Source: Macrostomum lignano
Taxonomy: Eukaryota
Direction of reading: 5' to 3'
Assembly: GCA_002269645.1 (NCBI GenBank)
Contig: NIVC01003566.1
Coordinates: forward strand, 1 to 64,000
DNA length: 64,000 nucleotides
A program made the position numbers and the translations under genes. Numbering within the stretch: position 1 is the first letter of the stretch; every line of letters begins with the position of its first letter. The notes beneath the pieces are model-generated. The model was given only the letters and a program-made list of their open reading frames with translations. It ran no database searches and had not been told where the DNA came from. Positions 1 through 11,944 of this stretch are shown in pieces.

Positions 1-25
1 CAGAAAGGTATAGTAGACGGAAACG

Positions 26-215
26 GAGAGGCAGATTCTCAAGGACTGAAGGAGAGTAGGGAGGCAGATTCTCAAGGACTGAAGGAGAGTAGAGAGGCAG
101 ATTCTCAAGGACTGAAGGAGAGTAGAGAGGCAGATTCTCAAGGACTGGGGAGAGTAGAGAGGCAGATTCTCAAGGACTGATGGAGAGTAGAGAGGCAGAT
201 TCTCAAGAACTGATG
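26..215. repeat. 33-bp minisatellite (GGCAGATTCTCAAGGACTGAAGGAGAGTAGAGA), about 6 copies
   Basis: Tandem units read directly; reverse complement of the array at 11945-13830. Confidence 0.9.
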
Positions 216-458
216 GAGGTTGGAGAATGAAATTCGGGTTGCAGCAAGGATATGCTATTACATTAGTGTCTATGCTTGATCTCAGTTGCTGAGTATTCTT
301 AGCTACTCAAACCCTAAAAGCTTGTAATTTAAGCTAATCAACGACAGCGTAATCCTACTTTGGCTAAGTACGAATTCGCTGTTGGCTGCTCCGCAGCTCA
401 CGCAGGAATCGACTGAATACTGGCTCGACCGTGGCATTGGCCCTGGCAGCTTTGTCGG

Positions 459-1047
459 CTAATTCTCTACCTGCAGTGTGAAAGACTCCGAATGCGGCCA
501 GAAACACCACCGCCAGACGAACAGAAGCGTGCAGGACAGGTAGATCATAATCAGGGCCCGTTGTCGCAGTTGTTTCCGTTTCATCGCCAGCTTCAATGCT
601 GCTTCATCAGTGACAACTGACGGTGCCGTTACCTCCGCTTCTGATTCGGGCTCGCCGATGCGTTCGACCTCTCGCTGTTGCAGAAGCTGCTGCTGCCGCT
701 GCTGCAGATAATTCTGCTGGCGTCGGGCCAGAGGTATCGCCGGAGTTGGCTCCTCCGAGACGCTGTCCGGCACGCTGAGCAGGGGAAGCTCACCGACGGT
801 CTGACTGGCTCGTCATCTGAGGCTGCGAATCCGCGTCCAGATGCCAGACGAAACGTTGTTGCAACTGCTGATGAAGTCGCCGCTTGCTGTTGGGTGGCGG
901 GGTCCAGACTCTGTCGCGATGATGATGCTGCTGTTGCAGATGATGATGATGCTCATGCTGCTGCTGCTGCTGTTGTTGTTGAGTCTGTTGCGACATGCCT
1001 GCTGCCGAAGGGTTAGACCAAACTGAGCTCTGCATGGTGCTCTGCAT
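459..1047 (-). CDS. Possible Q/H-rich protein with a C-terminal transmembrane segment, split over two frames (790-1047 and 459-773)
   Basis: Upstream frame has poly-Q/poly-H; downstream frame is Q-rich and ends in hydrophobic ALIMIYLSCTLLFVWRW. The frames join if one base or the 19-nt GT..AG segment 775-793 is removed. No family recognised. Confidence 0.35.
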
Positions 1048-2959
1048 ACAAGTATAATGGCTCTACGCTTCTAATATACTTAGAAGCCTTTAGCCGTCTT
1101 CGGGGTGAGAAAAAAGACCCAATACAGTTAGTAACTGATTGAGTAAGGCTCCGGTGTTACTTTATTTGAGGATTTTCTATTTAGAAGAGGGTCGAGGAGT
1201 AGAAAGAGAGAGAAGGCGCCTATGCATGCGCGTATCGTATATACGTTCCTGTATATATACAATTGGTGCGTTGTTCTGCCTTAACGTGCGTGTTAGCCGC
1301 ATTCTGCGCCAACGCTGTAGCGCTCGTCAGGAGGGGAGGAGGGGTTGGAGGACATGGACACCCCCTTCCACCCTCCACAGCCTTCCAACTCTCCTCTCTC
1401 CTGCTCGCGCGTTGGCCGAGACAGAGACGCATAAGAAGAATCCAACCAACCTAGAGACAAGGAAAAAAGAGCTTTAGCTATAAAAGAAGAGTTGAGAGAC
1501 GGGCAGACGCAGACGTATTGGGACGCACACACACACCAAAGCTAAAAAATGATAGGAAGGCATGCAAATGCAAGACACAGAGGCCACTAGCTATGGCAGC
1601 AGACCCGGAAAAAAAGAGATTGAAAAAAGTGGGACCAACTATTGGGAGAGAATCAGAGGAAGGATTGGGAATTGGGAGTGTGGGTGCTGGTGGTTGTCAG
1701 TTCCCAGGCCCGGGTCTTCGCTGCTGGTACAGTATGGTAGCGTTTGGATATCTTAGCATACAATAAGTCCATTATCCTGTAGACAGTTCGGCTCTGCCAC
1801 TCTCTTCAACCTCTCGACGCCGCTCTCGATCGACTCTCTCGCCCGGAGTCCAGCCGCCCCCCTCCTCCAAATTCATTCACTCTTTTTCCATTTTTCTGTC
1901 TTTAGGGTGACAAGCGAGTTCTATACGGACTAAGTGACGACAGGGTCAACCTACCTAAATGGTCGCTAGGACAGAGAGACAAGGGAGAGAGGTGAATTTC
2001 TGTTCTTGAAGCCTTGCCCTCCCTCCCCCGGTGACAGAAGTCCAAGCTTTCAATGGGGCTGGTTGTTTTTTCACGCTGCACATTCAATTATATGCATTCG
2101 CTATAGTTCACTTATAATTCAAATAGCAAGAATGTGAGCCAAGTGATGACTGCATGGTTGAGAGAGGTACTCTTAAGTAGAATACCTTTTCTTAAGGTAA
2201 TGCATCTATTAGTACCTTTGGATAATGGTTCAAATGGTTAGGCAATATGTATTAACAAAAAATTTATCGTCTGCGATTTTTGTTTTCAAATAATGATGAC
2301 CTGGATGAAGGTAAAGATCAAACCTGAATCACGTAGTTTAGGTTTAATTAAGGTCCGCTGTACAACCTGTGTGCGCGTTGTATTATTAGTTTCGGTGCTT
2401 AAAACTCCTAGCACAGTGATGCCTTTTGTCACAAAACCTGCCCATTAACTGCATTGGGTTAACAGCTAGCTGCGATAAACTGGCAGCACTAATGGGGCAC
2501 AAGCTTGGCATCTACCTCGTACTCGTATTTTCTTTCAATATAGCCCGGAAGCCAAAAGATGTATTAGCTAGTTCAGAGCCAATGCTTAACCCAGGCCAAC
2601 TAGGGAAAAGTACTCGTACACTTGGGCGAACGGAAATCGACTTCCTCCTTTTTATTGCTGTTTGTCACTAGGGGTAACGGGCAACGTACCTGTTCTCGAA
2701 AAAGTAATGTTTTACACATCCTTTGAGGCTCTACAGTAGGTTCTAGACAGATTTATGGTTTTTACAAGCAGCGGGAGAAATTATTGCTTGCAGGCGCGAA
2801 ATTATCTACATCTGCGCGGTGTAATATTAACAGGTAAGCTATATAATGACGTTAATTGATTCGAAAACCACAAAGGAAGAGTTGGATTGATAAAAAGTAG
2901 ACAGGCCGAGGTAGTTAAGAGGAGCAGAAGCAGAGTAGATAGGATAGTGAGGGTAGATC

Positions 2960-3290
2960 GCAGATTGATATAAAAAGGTGGACGTAGATTGGACAGTCCA
3001 GGGAAAAGTAGATGATTAGATGAGAGGTAGACAATAGAGGGAACATTAGACAATAGAGGGAGAGGTAGACATGCTAATGGAAGAGGTATAAACTGATGGG
3101 AGAGGTAGACACTGAAGGGAGAGGTAGACATGCTGATGGGAGAGGTAAACAATGATAGGAGAGGTAGACACTGATGGGAGAGGTAGACACTGATGGGAGG
3201 TAAACAATAGAGGGATAGGTAGACAATGGAGAAAGAGGTAGACAATATAGAGGGTGAGGTAGCCAGCAAATGGAGAGGTAGATAGTGAGA
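2960..3290. repeat. Degenerate ~21-bp purine-rich minisatellite (GAGAGGTAGACACTGATGGG)
   Basis: Repeated GAGAGGTAGAC core. Confidence 0.75.
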
Positions 3291-3999
3291 TAATGAAATC
3301 ACATTTCGCACAGTACAAGCAGCTGTGGGCAGCCAGCAGCACGAGTTTCTATTTTTCATAGATTAACTGAACACGACCCAGATCCGTGGGTGTCACCACT
3401 GATACTCGTAAGAAGCTGTAATTGACAGCCTCGCGTGAGCTGCAACCCAACTCAATCGATAATCGGCAATGCTCGGCACTCTGTCTGAGTGAGCAAAGTC
3501 ATTATCTTTATAGCCTACCCTATCCCGTGAGGATTCTAGTTTCAAGGGAAAATTTAATTAGACAGACGCGGTGCTCTCGCACACTTTCTCCCGTATTAAA
3601 ACTCGGCCCCACAATAGTATAAGTACATTAATCTGACCATCTTTTCAGACTGCTTATTAGTTAACCTCGCGCGGAAGTCCTTTTATCTCTTTTAGCTAGG
3701 AGAGGATTTGATCAAGAAGGAAATTTCCACTCTCTTTTATATATAAAAAGTTTTCCTTAAAGCAGTTCTTGGGAGCTGCTGATGAGACTAATTGTACTAT
3801 TTTTGCTACATCATAGAACAGAGTTCTGGATCCACCTGCAAAGCTGCTTGACTTTATTCTTTCTAACTTCTAAAATGAAATTTTAAAGATACAACTAAGT
3901 TTTCATGGCTGAATGTTTTATTTACTGTAAAAATATCAAAACTCTTCTTCGTCAAGTGGGAAGTTAGGAAGCTAGAAGTAGATGCATATGCATGTAATA

Positions 4000-4240
4000 G
4001 AAGGAGAAGTAGAAAATGGAGGGAAAGAGAGAGGGAGAGGGAGACAAGAGAGAGAGGTAGATAAGAGTGGGAAAGGGGTAGATAAGAGGGAGAGGGAGAT
4101 GAGAGAGAGAGAGGGAGGTAAGGAGGTAAGAGAGGGAGGTGTAAGAGGGAGGGGTAGATAAGAGGGAGCAGTAAAAGAGAACAGTCGACAACAAGAGGAG
4201 CGGTAGATTGTAGAGGGAGTGGTAGGCAATGGAGAGAAAG
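4000..4240. repeat. Degenerate purine-rich repeat (GAGAGGTAG/GGTAAGAG core)
   Basis: Low-complexity GA-rich tract sharing its core with 2960-3290 and 17423-17560. Confidence 0.6.
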
Positions 4241-5157
4241 AGCCGAAAGGTAAAATTGTCTTTACTTTTGAATTTGTATTCTATTTTTTCATACTGTCGT
4301 AACCTTCACTCCTACTGTAAGTAGGCTGGTTTATAATCAAACTTCTCATTCATCAAATCCTACGCTCTCGATTTGCAAGCGTGTGTGGCTTGGAGAGCTT
4401 ATGCTTATTATTATTATAGAAATGAGTTGTAGCTATAGAATTATTTAAGCGTATGAAGAGAAGAATAGAATAGACGTTTCGCAATACTAAAAATGCTCGT
4501 AGATATTCAAGATAATACAATTTGGTGCTTGCAGTGTGTTGCGTAATCCTTTCTAGCAATCCTGGAGCGAGGCACGTTGTTGACAAGTTTCTCAGATTTT
4601 ATTCGGTTAAATTCCACAATTGACGGCGGGTGGGTGAGTCCTTCGGGGCGCAGGGCTCTCTGCTCTGCTCAGAGTCAGTCTTGCCCAGGTCTCCGACGCG
4701 ATAGATATTTGGAGTAGAAATCTCGTTTCATATAAACAGATTCTATAGGACTTTCGCGCATTTTTGCTTTTCAAGCTACGCTGACTGCGACCTTAAGATT
4801 TTGAAAATAACTTTTGTTCCAAACATCTTTCGTCTATATTTTTTACAAAACTTATTTCTTTCTCCTTTTGGAATGCCGGATTGTTGTTTCAAAAATTGAT
4901 TGAAGTAAGGTCTCAGAATGATTTATTGTCTGTTTGGAATCCGACGTTTATTCAATATGTCTTTCATCTGTTTTATATTTCAGATCCAGACTTATTTAAT
5001 AGAAATGATGAAGATTCAACTTCCAAGGTGTCGATTTCCACTCCAGATGCTGCTTAATATAGAAGTCCATGGCCAATTGCTTCCCTATGGTCCAAGGTCT
5101 AAAGATCTTTCAAATTGGCTGTCTCTTACCGGTATCTAGCTAGCTAGCTGGTAATGT

Positions 5158-5535
5158 CCATAGATAAAGTATACATAGATTCCACCCCTGCCCAGAATGT
5201 ACACACGCTCGTGTCCAAACTTTGACCACCATAAAACTCACCGTGCTCTCATTGGCTGGCGCGAAAGCCTTCCTTTCAACACCTTCGATTTCATTCCCTC
5301 ACCCCTTCCACACAAGAAAGCTTTATAACTTTAATGCGCGGAACGAAAGGATGTCTTACCAGTTTCAACAGTTAAAGCGGAGATAATAGAAAAGCGGAGT
5401 TGGGGGAATGTACACACGTGGACTCAATGTGCATAGCGTGGCCCAGCCAATAGGAGCGCAGTGAATAAAGTGATGGTCACAATTTAGACACTCCGCGGGG
5501 GTAGGGGTGGAATCTATGGTATACTTTATCTATGG
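5158..5535. mobile_element. 378-bp MITE with ~36-bp TIRs and a 6-bp TSD (TAATGT)
   Basis: Left end CCATAGATAAAGTATACATAGATTCCACCCCT; right end is its reverse complement apart from a 1-nt indel; TAATGT at 5152-5157 and 5536-5541; non-coding. Confidence 0.9.
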
Positions 5536-5544
5536 TAATGTCTA

Positions 5545-5800
5545 TTGCGTGTGTAGCGGCGGCGGTTGGGGTGGGCGGCAGCGCACAGCGCCGCTAGGGG
5601 GTAAGAGGGGAGAGCGGTGCTTTGTACCCACGCGACGGGGGTGCGAAGAGGCCGAGGGGTTTGCTTGGAATGAGAGGGAGGAGGGCCTTTCGGGGGGGGG
5701 GGGGGTCAGCTGCGGAGCGGGGGCGACCTTGACGCGGCGGGATTGACTGGACTGGGACCGGCAAAAAGACCCTCGAGGCCCCACATAAGACCAGATAAAT
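5545..5800 (+). promoter_or_regulatory. GC/CpG-rich segment upstream of ORF 5931, putative promoter or 5' region
   Basis: Sharp local GC/CpG enrichment in AT-rich surroundings; inferred from position only. Confidence 0.3.
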
Positions 5801-5930
5801 AGAGCCTAGCTTTAGTAGCTCCAGCTCCGGAACTCTCTAGTCTAGATATAAAAATAATCTAGCCACTGGATTGCTAGAAATTTGCAGAATATTCTGACGC
5901 ACACACGAGACAAAACACCATCCAGCAGAA

Positions 5931-6554
5931 ATGGGTTCCGCAGAGTCGAAGCCCGCATTTTCTTACGCTTCTTCGGACTGTAGCAGCAGTTCGTCAGATG
6001 CGGCTGCAGCAGCGGCAGCGGCGGCAGCAGTTTCTAGCGACAGCGCAGAGGACCTGGGACCCTACCTGTCTTCCTTGTCCCTATCGGGTATTCGTCTGCA
6101 CCAGGTAGACTCTAGAAACTACCTGGGTAGACTCCAAGATGCCGAGAAATTTAGCCAGCCAAACGGGGCAACTCAGGTGATGAGGAGTCTGCTTCTGCGT
6201 TTGCTTCTGTGGCGACGAGAGCGCGAGAATGCGTCGAACGCGTGGCGAACTCGACTCATCGAACAGCAGGAGCAGCGGATTTTGAAGGCCCAGAAGCGGC
6301 ACCTTCAGATTCCATCGGCCACTGCGCCGACTGTCGCCTCGCCAGCAGCCACACCCTCCAACACGTCGGGTTCTGACGGCTTCGGCGAGTCGTCGGCAAC
6401 TTCAAAGGCGGCATCGATATCAGAGGAGGCGGTCAGCAAAGATCTCACCACACTGCTAAGGCGGGGCTTCGACCCGGCCGCCTACAATAAGCGACAGCAA
6501 TTAGCCAGGTTCTCGCAGCCGGAGAAGTTCGGCCTGAACCCGCGGGAGGTCTGA
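5931..6554 (+). CDS. Intronless 207-aa orphan protein with an N-myristoylation motif (MGSAES)
   Basis: ATG-to-stop ORF with coding-like GC content, Ser/Ala low-complexity linkers, a helical core and an AT-rich 3' flank; no family recognised. Confidence 0.6.
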   Translation: MGSAESKPAFSYASSDCSSSSSDAAAAAAAAAAVSSDSAEDLGPYLSSLSLSGIRLHQVDSRNYLGRLQDAEKFSQPNGATQVMRSLLLRLLLWRRERENASNAWRTRLIEQQEQRILKAQKRHLQIPSATAPTVASPAATPSNTSGSDGFGESSATSKAASISEEAVSKDLTTLLRRGFDPAAYNKRQQLARFSQPEKFGLNPREV

Positions 6555-8734
6555 GACAGCCGGGTGCAAATTTTTTTATTGTATAATTATCATAATTATT
6601 AGCCAATTATTTCATATTGCCATCAAACTAGCTAAATTAGACCAATTAAGTTATTAAATTACTATTAACAACTGTGATTTAAGCAAGGCTTGTTTTGTCT
6701 GACAATGCGACAGCTGACTTCTGAAAAACATTTTCGACTTTTAGTGTTCTTTATTATTATTAAATTACGAATTTCCATTTCCATTCGACCATTTCATCTG
6801 TGTTGTCCATTTTGCATTCATTTCACTAATCATTTATTTGCCTTGCCAAATTCCATCGTTGGCTCGGTTGGCTGACTTGCGGCACATTTCTTTTAAATTT
6901 CCCTGACAACACCTACGTAGCCACCATTAGTGAAAATATTTTTTGGCAGGTGCTTAATCTGCTATATTCTGCATCCTCAGTATTACTAAAATGTTTGAAC
7001 TTGCAGCCATTCGAAATACAATTGGAATTGAAAAATCTGTGAACTCCATCGAACTGCTTTCATTTCCTTTTTTCATTGAAATTTCGCCTCTACTTAGTTA
7101 TTTTCGCTACATGTCGGCGAAATGTGCTAAGTATGAAGTTTTGTATGTTTTTATCGCTGCACTTGTATGAATTTTGGTTTCGACTTTCCCCGGCGTCTGT
7201 TTAGCGGCAAACTCAATGTGTGGCCTCATAAAGATAAGAATGACTATTTCTGATTTTGGCAATTGACGCAAAGCGAAGCTAAAAATTAGAGATAGTCGTG
7301 TTTTGACTGCGTAGAAATATTATTTGCAAAAAGATAAACAGAATTTAAAGTATTAAATTTGAGAAGTGAGAGAGCAACTGTGGCAAACCTTGCAGTGAGA
7401 TTGAAAATTTTTAATTAATGAGATTGACAAAGCGCAGATGCCGGATTAATTTTATCGCTAGAGATAAACAATGCCTGTAGGATTTTAGTTCTAGGAAATT
7501 TGAGTTTCTAGAATATTAAAAATTCCATTGTTTCTGTAGAACAATTGATTAATTAGTTTTTTTTGTTTACCTTTATGAAAAGCTACGTTGGTTGAATATT
7601 GAGTGTGGCAGGACAGCTACTAGGAGTGGTAGGTATTCATGCGAGTGGCGTGCGGAGATAGCGAGAGGATAGTGAAAGAGGTTTGTAGCAGAGTATAGAG
7701 GGAGATAGAGAGGTAGATAGCACTGACTATACACAGTTTGAGAACATATATGAGTATATGGTGCCTTTGAGGTCAGGGGTGACTTCAGGGCTTTCACAGC
7801 TTAGCTTTATCAGTTCAGTGAAAGTCAACACGCAGTTCGATAACAGCCAGCAGTGCTCATGTCTGCTCTTTAAGGTCCTAAAATTGTGTCCATGTTTTGC
7901 CGGCTTCGGTGCCTCATAAAAAACCTTGGTGGGGTGGTGTTTGTCTCAGTTAGGCTTAAGTTCACTATAAGAGTCACTAGTTTAGTTCGTGATCAATAGA
8001 TTAGCGTGATAAATACGTTGATTGCGAGTTCGGAGCTGTGCAGAAAAATACTCGCCCGCTACAAAAACTTATCACTTTACTGACAGTAGGCTATTGCTCA
8101 TATCTAACAGTGGGTTGCTTTTGATTTTGACGGGATGCAGAGTTGGGACGGAGCAAGGCAGAGGAGGGGGAGGACAGAGAGAAGGGGAAGAGAAGGAAAA
8201 GAGGAGAGAGAAGAGGGAAGAGGAGGAAGAAGAGGGGAAGATAAGGGAGGATGGGGAAGCTTTCTTCGCTATCTATTTGAGTTGCTGATGCAGAACAGAA
8301 ACTGAGTCACCCGCTGGCTGGCTCCGTGGCGGGTTGCAGACACTAGACACGGGTTGCAGCAATGACTTACTAATACTAATACTATCTCTACTAATACTTA
8401 AGAAATAGTAGAGTAAATGATAACAGCAAAAATATAAAAAAAGTTTGAACAAAGAATGGCCTATCTATTAGCTACCTGGTAGCACAGGCCACAGGCATTA
8501 CCAGAGATTCGACGTAGTACGAATTTGCCGAATAGTGAATTCGGCGAGTCGGGATTCGGCAAATGAGGAATTTCGGCAAACCAGGAATAGGCAAATCGGG
8601 AATCGGCGAATCGGGGGTAAACCCTTACACTGTAGAAGAATGTTAGAAGAGCACATTGATTTCCATTGACATTGGACTGGACCAAGCACCGGAGTTGGAA
8701 TTCCTGTCTGACAACAACATTAAACTCTGCATTG

Positions 8735-8790
8735 CTTCAGTTCACCCAGCTGTAAAATGGGTGCCAGCATTAGCTGGGGGTAATTGAGGG
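8735..8790 (+). mobile_element. SINE central-domain fragment (CORE/Meta-like)
   Basis: CTGCATTGCTTCAGTTCACCCAGCTGTAAAATGGGT, nearly identical to the motif at ~25553-25590. Confidence 0.55.
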
Positions 8791-9279
8791 TGTGTGGCGA
8801 CCCCCCCCCCCCCCCAGTCCTTTAACTGAACAGCCGTACGCAGCCTTCAGATGCGCCGCGCAATAGCTGCGGCTGAGCTGTCGGTTGCACATCAACTGCG
8901 CATTAGGGCAGGTGTAATAAATTATTGTAACTAGTTGTTATTATATCTGAAAAAAGTTAAAATGGCACACAAAAAGTGCATTAAAAATGGTGAAAGAATT
9001 TCATGTTAGACAGGCCAACAACTATAAGACGGCTAAGGCATCCTTACGAAAACTTGTCTAAGCAGCAGAGCAAAGTGTGAAAGGTACGAAAGTAATCCGA
9101 ATAGCCGCTTTAAGCTGCAATTATTCTATTTTTATAGTTCTTCAGTAACGATTCTGTTAAGTAAGACCATTCGAGTGTAATTGCCGCTTACATAGGTAAA
9201 TAGTAATTAATCAATTTTTCATTTACGTCTCCAATTGACTTAAATTTCAGTATAGAAAGTTAAGAAACAGTTTGTGTAT

Positions 9280-11301
9280 AACAGGTGTCACACTCAGGTG
9301 AACAGGTGACACACACTCAGTCGAACAGGTTACACACACTCAGTAGAACAGGTGACACACACTCAGATAAACAGGTGACACACACTCAGGTGAACAGGTG
9401 ACACACACTCAGATAAACAGGTGACACACACTCAGGTGAACAGGTGACACACACTCAGGTGAACAGGTGACACACACACTCAGGTGAACAGGTGACACAC
9501 ACACACTCAGGTGAACAGGTGACACACACACTCAGGTGCACAGGTGACACACACTCAGTTGAACAGGTGACACACCCACTCAAGTGAACAGGTGACACAC
9601 ACTCTCAGGTGAACAGGTGACACACACTCAGTCGAACAGGTGACGCACACTCAGTCGAACAGGTGACACACACTCCAGGTGAACAGGTGACACACACTTA
9701 GGTGAACAGGTGACACACTCTCAGGTGAACAGGTGACACACACACACTCAGGTGAACAGGTGACACACACACTCGGGTGAACAGGTGACACACACTCAGT
9801 TGAACAGGTGACACACCCACTCAAGTGAACAGGTGACACACCCACTCAGTTGAACAGGTGACACACACTCAGTCGAACAGGTGACGCACACTCAGTCGAA
9901 CAGGTGACACACACTCAGTCGAACAGGTGACACACACTCAGTCGAACAGGTGACACACACTCAGGTGAATAGGTGACGCACACTCAGTCGAACAGGTGAC
10001 ACACACTCAGTCGAACAGGTGACACACACTCAGTCGAACAGGTGACGCACACTCAGTCGAACAGGTGACGCACACTCAGTCGAACAGGTGACACACACTC
10101 AGTCGAACAGGTGACACACACTCAGTCGAACAGGTGACACACACTCAGGTGAATAGGTGACACACACTCAGTCGAACAGGTGACACACACTCAGGTGAAC
10201 AGGTGACACACACACTCAGGTGAACAGGTGACACACACTCAGTCGAACAGGTGACACACACTCAGATAAACAGGTGACACACACTCAGGTGAACAGGTGA
10301 CACACACACTCAGGTGAACAGGTGACACACACTTAGTCGAACAGGTGACACACACTCAGATAAACAGGTGACACACACTCAGATAAACAGGTGACACACA
10401 CTCAGGTGAACAGGTGACACACACTCAGTCGAACAGGTGACACACACTCAGTCGAATAGGTGACACACACTCAGTCGAACAGGTGACACACACTCAGGTG
10501 AACAGGTGACACACACTCAGTCGAACAGGTGACACACACTCAGATAAACAGGTGACACACACTCAGGTGAACAGGTGATACACACTCCGGTGAACAGGTG
10601 ACACACACTCAGTCGAACAGGTGACAGACACTCAGGTGAACAGGTGACACACACTCAGTCGAACAGGTGACAGACACTCAGGTGAACAGGTGACACACAC
10701 TCAGGTGAACAGGTGACACACACTCAGGTGAACAGGTGACACACTCTCAGGTGAACAGGTGACACACACACACTCAGGTGAACAGGTGACACACACTCAG
10801 GTGAACAGGTGACACACACTCAGGTGAATAGGTGACACACACTCAGGTGAACAGGTGACACACACTCAGGTGAATAGGTGACACACACACACTCAGGTGA
10901 ACAGGTGACACACACTCAGGTGAACAGGTGACACACACTCAGGTGAACAGGTGACACACACTCAGGTGAATAGGTGACACACACTCAGTCGAACAGGTGA
11001 CACACACTCAGATAAACAGGTGACACACACTCAGATAAACAGGTGACACACACTCAGATAAACAGGTGACACACACTCAGATAAACAGGTGACACACACT
11101 CAGATAAACAGGTGACACACACTCAGGTGAACAGGTGACACACACTCAGGTGAACAGGTGACACACACTCAGGTGAACAGGTGACACACACTCAGGTGAA
11201 TAGGTGACACACACTCAGTCGAACAGGTGACACACACTCAGGTGAACAGGTGACACACACTCAGATAAACAGGTGACACACACTCAGGTGAACAGGTGAC
11301 A
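9280..11301. repeat. 23-bp minisatellite (GAACAGGTGACACACACTCAGGT), roughly 85-90 copies
   Basis: Tandem units with GGT/GTC/GATA variants and CA-length variants. Confidence 0.97.
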
Positions 11302-11944
11302 AACTTAGTCTAGCAGGTGACCCTCAAGAGGTTATGCTCAAGAGCTCAAGAGAGTATCATTTTAAGCTAACAACTTGGCTCAATTCTTTCAAAAGCTCTT
11401 ACACTTTCTCGCCACGTGGAAATTTCAGCTATTTTTACAAGACTTTAAGTAACTGTACGCTCGTATCTTTATTAATAAAATCTCGTAAATATACTTTGGT
11501 TCCTGTCGCACGTAGAACACAATGTCGAAAGAAAAAATCATTAGCTCCCGACTCAGATTGGTGTCAGAAAAGTGTTGAACAATCGCCAATGCGTGGATAT
11601 CAAATTGCAGCAGAAAGCGTGCCCCTGTTCAAGCCCAAGCACCATTGGCTCATTGCTTCACGTACGCCTTCACAACATGCAGTGAGTGCATTTATATCGT
11701 GGACAAGCTTGCTGGCTGGACCAGTTCAGAGCAGAATAAACTGCAACGCAGACCAACCACAGAGCAGCGTTAGTTCACGGCGACTGAGCACCTGAGCACC
11801 TGTGGATATTGTGAATAATTCACAACGGCTCACGAAGTATAGCCTCGTCGTCTTTCATCGGGAGTACGCGGTTGAAAGGTATGAAGAAAGGCCTTCAGCT
11901 CGGTGGCTTGGGAGGTTTTACGCTCGTACTTTTTCCTCTGTTTA

